64,000 nt of DNA from the NCBI RefSeq assembly GCF_009914755.1, contig NC_060928.1. The stretch is one strand, 5' to 3'. The notes under the pieces are model-generated. The model made no database searches and had not been told where the DNA came from. It saw only the letters and a list, made by a program, of their open reading frames with translations. Position numbers and translations under genes: made by a program. The stretch's first letter is position 1, and every line of letters starts with the position of its first letter. This document shows positions 41,874 to 54,500 of the stretch, one piece after another. This stretch comes from the human T2T-CHM13v2.0 reference genome, Homo sapiens.

Positions 41874-41951
41874 TTAGGTTGGTGCAAAAGTAATTGCCGT
41901 TTTGCCATTGAATATAATGGCAAAACGACAATTACTTTTTCACCAACCTAA
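41874..41951. mobile_element. MADE1 (Hsmar1-derived MITE)
   Basis: TTAGGTTGGTGCAAAAGTAATTG...CAATTACTTTTTCACCAACCTAA. Two 37-bp inverted arms around AATA, followed by TA. Confidence 0.97.
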
Positions 41952-42496
41952 TACTTAGCTTTCCACCATGAAACCCTTTCCCTGGCAATATCTGAGTCTA
42001 ACTGGTCATCTGAATGTGACAAAGCCTTGGGAAAACAAACACATCAGCTTATTTCGAAGGAGACTTTACAAATCTCTGGTCTGTAGCTTTACTTAGGATC
42101 TAAGAGTTTCCAGGAATGCCTTCTCTATCAGCTCCCTCTCGCTTTCTGCTAAGCAGCTATACACAACCTCTCCTCTCCTTTCCTCTGCACTATGCTCTTG
42201 AAGTCAGAAAAACTGCCTCCAGACCTGAATCTGATGTCTTGTAGCTTTGTGGTATTAGACATGCTATGGTACTTCCCAGGAACTGATAGGCAAAAGCAAT
42301 AAAGATAGCTGTATCACAGACTATTTTGGATATGACATATGTTAATTACTAGAAAGTGCCCTCTGCAGTCTCCAACTCATTTAACCAACTTATTTTAGGT
42401 TATAGGAATCAACATACCTCAATATTCCTTTTGCTAGAGCTGTTTTTATTTGATTTTTGTTTTAGAGTTCTCTCTAAAGATTTTTTAAAAAATATT

Positions 42497-42786
42497 TTTG
42501 CCTTAAGTCAAGTAACTCAGAAACAGAAAGTCAAATACCACGTGTTCTCACTTATTAATTGGGAGCTAAATCGTGTATACCTGTGGACATGAGTAGAGTA
42601 ATAGACATTGGAGACTTAGAAGGGTAGGAAGAGGGTGAGGAAAGAGAAGTTACTTAATGGAGAAAAATACACTTGCGTAGGTGATGGCTGCATTAAAAAC
42701 CCAGGCTTCACCACTGTGCAATATAGGCACATAACAAAACAGCACTTGCACCACCTCCATCTATAAAAATAGAAAATAAAAAAAAA
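42497..42786 (+). mobile_element. L1PB4-like 3' end
   Basis: GTAACTCAGAAACAGAAAGTCAAATACCACGTGTTCTCACTT..AATAGACATTGGAGACT..CTTCACCACTGTGCAATA, then an A tail. Confidence 0.88.
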
Positions 42787-43113
42787 TTAGTGATACATTT
42801 GAAAAACATCTTTAAAAATTAACTTTAGTCTATTCTAGATGATTTAGAGGACTTCATAGCCTCATATATAGTACTTTGGAACTATATATTGGCAAGTAAT
42901 TTCCTTCCCCATGTTTGTGTGCTTTTCATTGTGTTGCCATCAGCTAACATGATTTTAATTGTGGGAAAAGAACCAAAGTCAAATTTAATAGGAAAATAAT
43001 ACATTTGCTTCAAATAAAAACCAAATGACATTATAACTCACACACTCGTAAGTCTAACGGAAGAAACTGTTGAAAGATTTGAATTATTAATTCACACCAA
43101 AGTGATAAAGACA

Positions 43114-43146
43114 ACACACACACACACACACACATACACATACACA
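43114..43146. repeat. (CA)n microsatellite, imperfect
   Basis: CA run with CATA interruptions. Confidence 0.9.
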
Positions 43147-44807
43147 AAGACACATCGCCAAAGCCATCAATATTATAGTCATACTGCAAACAGACCTTTT
43201 AGTTTTAGCAAAATCATATCCATAGGCATGTGAATCTGATGTTGATCTTTTGAACTGTAATTCTCTTATAATTTTGTTTGTGATTACTTTCGTAAATATT
43301 TTTAGGTTTGTACCAGTATAAGACTCATAAGCCTATGATGATTATAATGAGTTTGTGTTTATGCATATTTGTTAAATTATAATAAAATTATCCAGCCAAC
43401 GCTTGGTAGGGGAGTGGCATCCATAAGAAGGAATTTTTTTGCAGAAGGCATCTGTATATTACTCACATTTGAGAACATTGCTGTGTCTTATAGAAACCAG
43501 AAACCAGGCAAAGCTCTGGGGGAGCCTTGAAAGGAGTTTATATGCAGGCTGAAGACATGTCTTTATGCCACAATGACAAAATAAAGAGATGAGAGAGACT
43601 TCCTCAACATGAAGGCTAGGAAGCTGTGCATTACCAAAAGGCACATAAAACTCTTGGGCAGAAACCAATTAAAAATAATGAGGAGAGGAGGGTTTACTGG
43701 GAAGGGAATAAGTAAAATAAGAAAACATTTTGGAGGCCCATTTTTAAGAGGGTAGGCTGGGATAAAGAAGACCTGACTTAGAATTCTCTTTTCACCCCTC
43801 ATTGAATGAGTCCCATTGGCTGCATAGCTTAATGTTCCTGAGTCTCAGTTTCTGCAACGTTAAAATGCCACCTTCACAGATTTGTTATGTGGGTCAAATA
43901 AAATTAGAGAAGTGAAAGTACTTTGTGAGCCACAGCGCACGGTGTATATGTTAGTGGTGCCACTATATTTTGTGATTTAGATGTTCATGGGGGATCCCTA
44001 GAAATTTTTTCAATTCTTTATAATTAAACATTTCAGCAAAAAGATAAAAAGCCCTAGAAAGCTCAAGGTCAATGAAATAAGCAATTCTTGCATCTAGTCA
44101 AGGCTCAGATCTTGGCAAATACAGAGTTGATGTATTTTATTAAAACAAAACCTTGGGGAGACTGGTTTAGGCCAAATGCCTAACTGATGGGGAATTTTTA
44201 TTTTGTCAATAGATTTTCTTTTTGTTAATCACAAGGTTTCTTTTATACATTAAAACACACACACATTCCCATAGTTTGGCACAAATATGTTCATGCATAT
44301 ATTCATGCACAGAAATATCCAGGCTTGTCCATTTATTGATACTTCCAGAGACCCACAGAGTTTCATGCTTTTATATGCACAAACCACCTGCATACACTTG
44401 CCCCACTCACCCTTGAATGAGCCCAGTTCTTGTCAACCATAGTGACCAGAGTCTCTCAAGGATTCATTTCAAGCCTGATTCATAAGTAAGAGGCAAAAAT
44501 GTCAAACTATCCCATCTCACAGCATTCATCTCAGCCAGTGATGCCATGCTATCCTAGTCTTTAGATCATTCTTAGAAAGCATTTTGGAACCCGTGAAGAT
44601 AGATTTCAAAGGCAGTCATGCCTAGGTTCATATCACGACCTTAGGCAAGTGGCTTGATATTTCTGAGCCACAATTTCCTTGTTTCTAAAATACTGGACAG
44701 TGAAAACTACCTCACCAACGTGCAAACATGAGGTGCAATGATGTAATATATATTTCCTCTATGCTCTTCTGGGCTATTTTAAGGTGAATTTTTTGGTTGG
44801 GGGACCA

Positions 44808-44835
44808 TACACACAAACACACACACACAAACACA

Positions 44836-44871
<36 letters not shown>
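44808..44871. repeat. (CA)n microsatellite with CAAA interruptions
   Basis: About 60 bp CA-rich run. Confidence 0.92.
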
Positions 44872-44876
<5 letters not shown>

Positions 44877-45209
44877 ATCTTAAGGTCCCAAAATGGCCCA
44901 GGACCCAGGACCCCCAGCTGGAGGAACTCATGGACCTCTTAATGCTCACCTGCTACTGGCTTGATGACTTCTCTTTCTACACACCTTCTCCATTCTCCTC
45001 TCTCTAGCATCAAACTTTCTTTGTTTGCATGGATTTAACTACTGTCTTCTGACTTCCCATAACCTTACTGAATGGGGCTCTAACGTAAGGCATCCTCTTA
45101 GCTTCTGACCCAATTATAATGACTATGATCTCTCCATGTTGATCAATTCTACATTTGTGAGAGAGGAATTTGATAAGACTTATCTTTTACACAACAGGCC
45201 ATAAGAATT

Positions 45210-45445
45210 TAACTTTGGAGTCCCACAGACTTCAGATAAAAATATAGTTCCAGCACTTCTTAAATCTCTGACCTTAGGCAAGTTGCTAAACTCTCAGAAT
45301 CTTAGTTTTCTCATAGCTGTATAGGGAGAATTATAGTTTTTACTCCCAATGGATTGTTGTGAGGAATAAACCAGATAATGCATGGGAAGTGCTCAGCCTA
45401 GTACATGGTACTTGTTGAGCCATAAAAAAATGCTAACTACAGTAA
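45210..45445 (+). mobile_element. MIR
   Basis: TGACCTTAGGCAAGTTGCTAAACTCTC..GGATTGTTGTGAGGAATAAA..GATAATGCATG..AGTGCTCAGC. Confidence 0.75.
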
Positions 45446-45566
45446 GTGTCAGTTCTGGCCCTGGGCCAGAGGTCAACCTAAAAGCGGGTTGTCTTTTTGT
45501 TAGCTGACAACTCCTGAGCCTGTCAGCCATAGCCACTGGGCAACAGAGGCTGGGGTTGTTTCCTTA

Positions 45567-45912
<346 letters not shown>

Positions 45913-46235
45913 AAGCGTTAGCAGTCCAGACTTTCTGTAGTTAAATCTACTCAGCATATGAGATGTGGGTTTTCTTTACCTCTACATAAAGTTGAAAGAT
46001 AATGCAATACAATCAACATATACATGGTACAATGTCAGCATTGGGAAAATACATTGCTACTCAAAAAATAAAAAGTTTTCTCTTACATATTCACTACCGA
46101 AAGAAAACAAAAGCCACCTGATGAATATTTAAAGAGATGTGCCCAGGGTGTTATGGGGGCTGTAACCAAACCTGGGACGCTGGTAGAGTAAGTGGAGTTT
46201 CCTGGAACTGATAACGTAAGCTTTGAAGAATGAGC

Positions 46236-46350
46236 AAAAGTTAGCTAGCTTAACAAATTTAACAATGGAGACAACTGGATAATTTAATTGGACAAAAAAA
46301 GTTAGCCAGGTTAACAAATTTAACAATGGAGACAATTTAACAATGGAGAC
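46236..46350. repeat. Local direct duplications (39 bp x2 plus a 17-bp third copy)
   Basis: AAAAGTTAGC(T/C)AG(C/G)TTAACAAATTTAACAATGGAGACAA at 46236 and 46297; AATTTAACAATGGAGAC again at 46334. Confidence 0.9.
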
Positions 46351-46501
46351 TCTTCAAGGAGAAGATAGGAGGCTCACGTGTATCCATATTATTGGTAGAT
46401 GTACACCTTACCTGTTCAGAGTGAGAATCTTCATCCCACAAAACATTTTTCTTCAGAAAAGTAATGATGACCTTAGGACTTGAGTTTCTCAACATGTGTA
46501 T

Positions 46502-46724
46502 CAGGAGTGTCCAATTTTTTGGCTTCCCTAGGCCACACTGGAAGAAGAAGAATTATCTTGGGCCACACATAAGATATGCTAATACTAACAATAACTGATG
46601 AACTAAAAAAAAAAAGGGCAAAAAACTCATAATGTTTTAAGAAGGTTTATGAATCTGTGTTGGGCTGCATTCAAAGCTGTACTGGGCTGCATGCAGCCTG
46701 TGGGCTGCAGGTTGGACAAGCTTG
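46502..46724 (+). mobile_element. MER30, full length
   Basis: CAGGAGTGTCCAAT..GGTTGGACAAGCTTG. 8-bp TSD ATGTGTAT / ATGTATAT. Confidence 0.93.
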
Positions 46725-46854
46725 ATGTATATTCTCGTTGATAAGATGGTTTGAGTTCAGAATAAGGGAAATCTAGGTACTGTTAACAATTGCTGCTTAG
46801 AAGAATTTACTGAGGGCTTACCAAGTGTCCAACACATATGTTGGAACAATCTTT

Positions 46855-47158
<304 letters not shown>

Positions 47159-48733
47159 GGAACAATCTTTATCTATTATTCTATAGATCACTATAGGAAG
47201 TTTCCAGAAAGTGTCCGAATCTACAGTGCAGTCAAAAGAGGAACCCAGGCTATGTTAAGAGTGCCTAGAAATATTTCTGGGCATCTAAACGGAAGGTCAG
47301 ACACAGGCTCAGACTTCCACTTCCACAGTGTGCATCTCATTATGCCAGTCACTCAGGGTCCCTCCTAGGGACTGCTCTGGGCCTTAGGGTGGCCAAAGCA
47401 GTGTAGTCTGCGACAGATGGAGGAACACCTCTCAGACCTTAAGTTTGTGTTCCCACAAACTGCTCAGGAATCCCAGAGCAGGTGTGCTTGGCTCTCAAGG
47501 TGAATTTATTAAATAGATATGTTTTGATTTATTTTTAAAAGCAAATACTGAACAATACAGAAGAAAAAGAGAATAATTTAACAACCATCTGTGTGCTTGC
47601 CATTGATAATTAACAGGTATTAGCATCTTGTAATATTTCTTTCCCACATTGTTATTAATAAAATAATATTATTGTACAGTTGATGCTTGCTGCCCAGTCC
47701 ATCTCAGATCACACCCTTCTTTCCAGAAGACAATTATTAGGATGACCTTGATTTGTAACTTACCAGTCAAATGGTAAAGTTTTAATCCATTAACAATATA
47801 TTGATGTTTTCAATATTTTATACAAATATTATCATATGATTTTTGTCTTTCTGTAATTAACTTTGATTTCACTCATGTGATGTTTTTTAAAGGTCTGTCT
47901 TGATGAATATAGGTCTAATGAATTCATCTTAATTGCTGAATTGAATTTCAATGATGGATGCTTAAGTTGGGTTTTCAAATTTTGCCTGAGTCATTCAAGG
48001 ACTTGGCATAACATACTTGATAGAAATTTGTACAGATCAGGTGTAGAGGACAGTCACTGTGTGATACTGAGATACCCATGGTTCTCTTGCGATTAAGGCT
48101 GGTTTTTGTTATTGTTGTGGTTCGCCCTTCTAAATCTAGTTTACTGTTCTATATACTTTTTTTCTTAGGATGAAACTTCACTTTACTGTAGTGTTGTAAA
48201 TTAACTTTGATTAGGCCATGCAACAACTTCCTTGATACTTCAATGTATGTTTTAAACATACCTATATATTTACATAGATCTATCTCTATATATCTCACCA
48301 GCAAACATGTTAGAAATGGATTTTCACATCCCATTCCTTCCATTTATCACACATTTTCACACATGCCAAAAATCAGCAGCAGAGGGGAACAGCATGCTCA
48401 AATATACTAATCACAGCTCAACCTACCACTCTTCATCATACATTGTTCTCTGTCTCCTGCAGGAGTTCTCAAGTATAAAATTGCTTTTAGACAAAACTTA
48501 ATATCTATACTTCTTTTGTTTTTGTGAATGAGTAGCACACCACAGGCCATATAATATATTTGCTATGGCTGTTAGAAAGCTCAAAACCAAATTTGTGACT
48601 AGATCATTGAATCAGAATTGCACCCCTTTCCCTTGATGCTAACGGTCTACTTCTGCCTCATTTAGAGCTTTTACAATGTGTCACTTTTATTTGCAAACCA
48701 ACTGGATTTATTTCTTTAAAAAAAGTCATAATG

Positions 48734-48790
48734 TATGTGACCATATAATTATTGTGCAAACTGGACACTTTTAAAAATAAAAGGGACTAA
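48734..48790. mobile_element. Possible hAT-Blackjack (MER81-like) terminus
   Basis: GTGACCATATAATTATTGTGCAAACTGGACACTTTT..AAAGGG. Confidence 0.45.
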
Positions 48791-49259
48791 TAAAGTAAGT
48801 TAATATTATGTACTTTTTGAAACATCATACTGTATTGAATGATATGTAAATAAAATCTTATAGCTCTGTAAGACAAATATTTACCTTCAGACATGGTCTT
48901 ATTTAAATGACTTCCAACTGTTGAGAAAGACACCGATATTTTTGTGAGTTTGGGTCTTTAGTCAGTCCTGTGGATATTGACACTGCTTTGACCATGCCCC
49001 CTCCCCGTTGGTGCTTTGTAAAAATTAAATACCTGAAATATAGAATCATTCTTGACTCATAGTAAACACTATGTGTGATTTTGCCAACATTTTTTTTTAC
49101 CTTCTATAGGATATAGTTTTCTTCCACTAGTGGACTGAAGGAAACAAAGAAACCAGTCATCATCATCATCATCATCAACAATAAAACAACAATGCAAAGT
49201 ATCTTTGGTGATATTTTCACAGCCCATCTTATAATATGAAGGCTTCTTATCATGTATTC

Positions 49260-49480
49260 AATGCTTAACATGTCAAATGCAATGCAATGTGCTCTACCTA
49301 TATAACTTACATATTTTAATCTTTGCTACAGCACTCGATTCCGATATTTATTTCCTTGTTTTACTGAGATGAAAACATGGGCTCAGAAAGAAAGAGCTAC
49401 TTTTCTAAGATCACACAGAATGTGAAAAAGGATTTATATCCTGGTCATTTCACTCTAGGGTCAGTGCTTGTAATCACTAA
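49260..49480 (-). mobile_element. MIR
   Basis: TTTTACTGAGATGAAAACATGGGCTCAGA..CTAAGATCACACAG. Confidence 0.6.
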
Positions 49481-50869
49481 GCTTCTCTATTTTCATAAAG
49501 TAGGCAGAATTAAAAAGACATAAAGCAATGATGTTTCTTATCAGCATAGCCATTGATTCCATCATTGAGTTGGAGAGGGCATTGTAATTACTAACATGAA
49601 CAATAACTTAAAGAGAGGCTTGTTCAGGCTAAAGATATGATTAATAAAAATGAACAGCCCTTATCTAGCAATGATTATGAGTCATTCTTGCTCATGACGA
49701 ACTAAGTTCCTGTCCTTTGTAGGGTCAAAAGGGGAAGACTGTTTGGCTGCACATGGCTGATCAAGTCCCTCTTCGTCTACTTCCTTCCCCTGGTTGTTTT
49801 CCCTGCCTTACTTTCTTCCAATCCCTGTCTTCAGGATCACTCCAAGCTGTGTTGCTTCAGAGAGAAGTTGCTAAGAAGGCTTCTGTTGCAAATGGCACAA
49901 GCTGAATGTTTCCCAGTGCCAGGCAATCCCTCACCCAAGACAACTTGTACAGGCCCTTCACATCCTCTTGGTGCTTTTTCAACACAGCAGCTGTACAGGC
50001 TGACTTCTGTCAATCTGTGTTTTCCAAAGGTATGCCAGTGCTCAACAACCTCTGTTTTATGCTCTCCTGCTTCTTCCTGTTCCATTTACCTTTTTTTCTG
50101 ATTATCTCCTAGAATATATTTGTCATCTAAATAACCCCAGTCCCACATCTCTCTAGCCTTACAAAGTTTTGTACTCAAATGTTGTTCTTATCCATTACAT
50201 TTGCTTCTGTCTCCCTCCATCCTGATTTTGGCTTAGCTTTTCTGGATGAGTTATACTTGAATAAGATCTACTGGTAACACTCTCTCCATTGGACAAGCCC
50301 CAAAGCTGACTTCTCTTAGAATTCTGTTCTTGGAGGAATCTCTTGCTCAAATATTCCCTAGCTTGTTCCCAGATAATCTCTTCTTAATAGTCATAGAAGG
50401 AAATTGTTGTCATGGTTAAAGTAGAACCTCCATAGTTCAATTTAATATGAACAAGGATGTAAAGCATTTAGGCATCATGCATAGAGTTGAACATATAACA
50501 AATATATAGCCAACAGGTTATCTAAATGACAAAGAATGTCTAGAATAACTCTTGACTTGAATCCACACAGATACAGAAAATGATTGAGCCAAAGGCAGGC
50601 TTAGCAGCAACTAATAATTTATTTCCCTCCCCAAAACATGCTTGTTCTAACATGGCATTTATTCAGAGTTATGTTTAATTTGGCTGTCTTAAATGCAAAA
50701 AACATATACGGACACAAACACATATTTTAAGACATAGTTGTTGTTTTTTTCTCCAGAGAAATGGCTCCTTTGATATACTGAGAGAGTGGAAATAAATGTT
50801 GCTTTGAATTAGTCTCTTTGGTCATCTGCTAACTGTGCTACTTATAGCACACACACAAAATTCTGGAGG

Positions 50870-51345
50870 GACCATATCATAATGTATGAGAGGCCGGGTG
50901 CTGGAATCAGCCCGCCTGAATTCTGGCTCTACAGTTTCCAGCTGCATGATGTTTGTTAAATTACTTTAGCAACCTAATCTTCATTGTCACCACTTTTTTT
51001 TTTTTTAAATAACATAAATCACCTTGGATGGTTTTGTGAGGACGAGATGCAATAACTTGAGGTGAAGAACTTTGAAGAGTGCTGAAATACAGTCAGAAGT
51101 CAATCAATTTTAGTTGAGAATTTTTACAAAGTGTAAGAGAAAGTGCATAGGCTCTGGAGTCACAGATACCTGGCTTCTCTTTCTTCTCTGCCATTTACTA
51201 GATATGTGATTTCCATAGAGTTGCTGCTTGGAATCTCAGTCCCTTAATCTATAAAAAGGGGACAATCATACATATTTCCCAAAGGCTCTTAAATGAGGTA
51301 ATACGTAAATCTTCAGATAACAATAGATGTTCACTAAATGTTAAT
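50870..51345 (+). mobile_element. Two adjacent MIR relics
   Basis: GCTGGAATCAGCCCGCCTGAATTCTGGCTCT (50900) and GGCTCTGGAGTCA..CTCTGCCATTTACTAG..CTCAGT..TCTATAAAA (51150). Confidence 0.6.
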
Positions 51346-52802
51346 ACATTTTCACCTTCTCTACCACTGGAAAACCAGTAGAATAAATAAAAGAGGGAGG
51401 AAATAGGGACATTAATAAGGAAATTGTTTCATAGGAAGCTGTGAACATTAGGAATTAGTTGAAGGGTGACTTATAGCCAAATCACAAGGTACGAGTTTCT
51501 ACTTTGCCCGTGCTCTTTCTTCCCCTGCCACACCTCTGGGTCTCTATTCTGAGCCCTGTCTTGGGACTGAAATGGGGTATTAGAACCAGTGAGTCTTCTT
51601 TCCTAGTATGCAGAACCTGTGATCTGCTGAGACAGCCTTCAAAGATTCCATGCTTGCAGGATATCTGCATGTGAGTCTGTGTGTTTATCTGTTTGCATAC
51701 CTTGATGTCCATGCATAGTTTCCAGCATCAAGGTGAAAATGTCGGTGCCTGTCATCAGATATATCTGGAATGATTGATATTCCTACTTGAGCACTTGATA
51801 TGTGTGTCCATGAGCAAGTCATTTAACTACTCTATGAGGACTAAGTGAGACAAAAGACTGAATTCATAATGGCCGGCCGGCACTAAGTGGGAGATCAGAG
51901 CTGACTACAATGATCAGCATAATAATTATCAATCTCCCTATAGATAAGCACATATAGATCTGTGGCTGTGGCTGTATAAGAGACATCCATGTAGGTCTCT
52001 ACTTCTCTTTTTCTAAGAGAACAGGCAGAGGATCTCCAGGCCTCTCCTTACATACTTTGTGTGAAAGCATCAGCGGGCCCTACTGACTCTAATTAACTCA
52101 TTGTATCAGTTCAGAGCAATGCATTCCAAATGCCGCTGATCGCTCTGTGCTGGCTGTCTCCAGGCAAAGCTTTTTGTAGGCATTGGCCATGAGCTCACTC
52201 TAACTTACTAGACAGTGGAACGTCGTCGAAAAAAGTAAGAAAATTGGCTCCAGAAAGATCTGATCCCATTCACAGCTCTATTCCTTACTCCCTGTTCAAT
52301 ACTGGGCCAGTTTTTCTGCCTCTGGGAATTCTTGTTTTCTTATTGGAAGAATAGAATGATAATAAACTTCACAGATGAATCAGATTCTAAATGTATAGAT
52401 AGGGAACCAAGCACAGAGACCAGCATTCATCTCAATCATTCAGCAAGTAAATACGATGCTTCTCCTGTGAGTCAGGCACTGTGTTAGGCTCTGTAGATGA
52501 CATAAGGGTGAGGTTTTTACTCTATTGGAACTTGGAATTACTGGGATGTAATAAATGTGTCCAGAAAATGTATATTTTTTCTCCTTTCATCTCTTTGTAT
52601 GGAAATTCTTTCTAATTTTTGGAGTGTCTGGCCTCTTATTGCCTGTACTCTGCCCCACTGGTGAATTTCTAGTTCAGTGTGTCTCATGGAAATCTATTAT
52701 TTTAAAGGCAGGATGTGGATCAAGGTAGTTTCAAGCTTGAGGAAGTCTTGAGGTGGGATAAAGCACATGGAGCATTGCAAAGGTTTTTTGTTTTGTTTTG
52801 TT

Positions 52803-52840
52803 TGTGTGTGTGTGTGTGTGTGTGTGAGTGTGTGTGTGTG
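52803..52840. repeat. (TG)n microsatellite
   Basis: TG run with one AG interruption. Confidence 0.93.
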
Positions 52841-53234
52841 AGTGGCTGGCTGGAAAGCTGCCAAATTTCTAATAATAAATGAATTTGCCTTTATTTAAAG
52901 AAGGAAGTGGTACTTTCCCTCACAATAGAGGGAGGAGAAAGGCTGTCTCCTCAGGATTTTGTTACCAGCACCACATCTCCCCTGACTGGAAGGTGGCTTG
53001 AGTTAGGAACAAAAATGACAAATGCAAGCCCAGCCTTAGAGAGCCTCCCAGATAGGTGAAAATGAAAGGCGGAAAAGTACAAGTTACTGAAAGGAATGAT
53101 CTAGAATGCAAGTGGGATGTGGCAGCATAGCACTGGTCATGCAGTATGGGTGGTAAGTTGGGAGAAGGGGCTGGACCAGCACTGATTATTCTCATGTCCT
53201 GGATATGACAGAGATGGCTGGAGCTCAGCACCTG

Positions 53235-53323
53235 TCTCTGTCCCTCTGCACTTCCCAGGGTACCCCGCAGTTAGATTACGGTCCCTGCAACAGGGTTCTA
53301 GCCAATGGGATGTGGCTGAAGTG
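53235..53323 (+). mobile_element. Old MLT1 (H/I/J-type) fragment
   Basis: CACTTCCCAG..GCAGTTAG..GGTTCTAGCCAATGGGATGTGGCTGAAGTG. Confidence 0.55.
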
Positions 53324-53324
53324 G

Positions 53325-54500
53325 CTCATTCAATTTCTTGAGAGCCTTCTTAGTGCCAGATCTGTCCTCAGCCTTGGAAATTCAGCTGGAAACACAACCA
53401 ATACAAATACCTGTCCTCAGAGAGCTTACATATTCTGGCGAGTGAGATAGACAATGAATTTACACTCATTGAATAAGCAAAATATAGTGAATCTGATAAA
53501 ATATATGAACAAGTAAAATACATAAAATATATGCTTTTATATGTAATTTGTTTATAAGTAAAAATGTAAATGTTTCTATATAGTTTTATAAATTTATGTA
53601 AAATTATATAAGTATACAAATATGTATGTGTGTATATATAGTATGTATATAATATATAGTACAAAATATAAAGATGGTGATAAATGCCAAGCTGATAAAT
53701 AAATTAGGTAAGGAGAATCAGAAGTACTGGGGGAATAATTTTGAAGAGGTGGCTATGGAACCCTAATAGAGAAAGTAAAATTTGAATAAAGAGACATAGA
53801 ACTAGTCATGCAGACATCTGAGAAAAGAACATTGCATAGTTATCAGGAACTCCACTCAGCAGAGTGGAAGGCGGGGAATAGAACAGGGAAAAGTCTGGAG
53901 AGAGGATGTATGTCTGGATCATCTCTGGCCTTGAGGCCGCTGCAAGGTTGTTGGCTTGCAGTCTGGGGTAAATGGAGAAGCTAGCACATGAGGAGTGAGA
54001 TGGGACATATTTCATGAGAATTACTCAGATGGGTGTTTTGAGAATACACTGAAAGGGATGTGGGAGCAGACCAGAAGCAGAAAGACAGTGTGGAGCCTCT
54101 TGCAGTGTTAAGAGAAGAGGCTGGCATGGACCAGGAGTTGGGAGTGGAGGTGGGAGATTCAGATACATTTTGAAGGAGCCAATAGAATTTGCTTGTGAGC
54201 AAGATGTCAGGAGTGAGAGCAAGAGAGGAGTCATAGGAGACTGCAGAGTTTTGTGCCTCTAAGGCAGCTGGAAGTTGCTTAGGCTGGAATGGAGTTGCCA
54301 GTCTGAGTTTGGAAAGGCTACAGTAGGAGGACTATGCGTGTGGAGTGGGTAATGGTGTCAAAACCTCAAATTTGAGATGCCCATGGGATATCAAAATTAA
54401 GATTAAACGTAGACACTGGATGTGTGCCTTGGATGCTGGGGGGAGAGGTTGAGATAAAAATGCACAGTTTGAAGCCATTGGTGTACACATAGTACTTGAA
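53325..54500 (-). mobile_element. L2 relic containing an AT-rich low-complexity insert (about 53490-53670)
   Basis: CCTGTCCTCAGAGAGCTTACATATT..ATGCAGACATCTGAG..GATTCAGATACATTTTGAAGG..GAGAGGAGTCA..ATGGAGTTGCCA. Confidence 0.75.

Noticed and set aside
53490-53670. AT-rich tract giving a Tyr/Ile-rich 98-aa ORF on the minus strand
   Set aside because: Low-complexity (TA)-derived sequence inside an L2.
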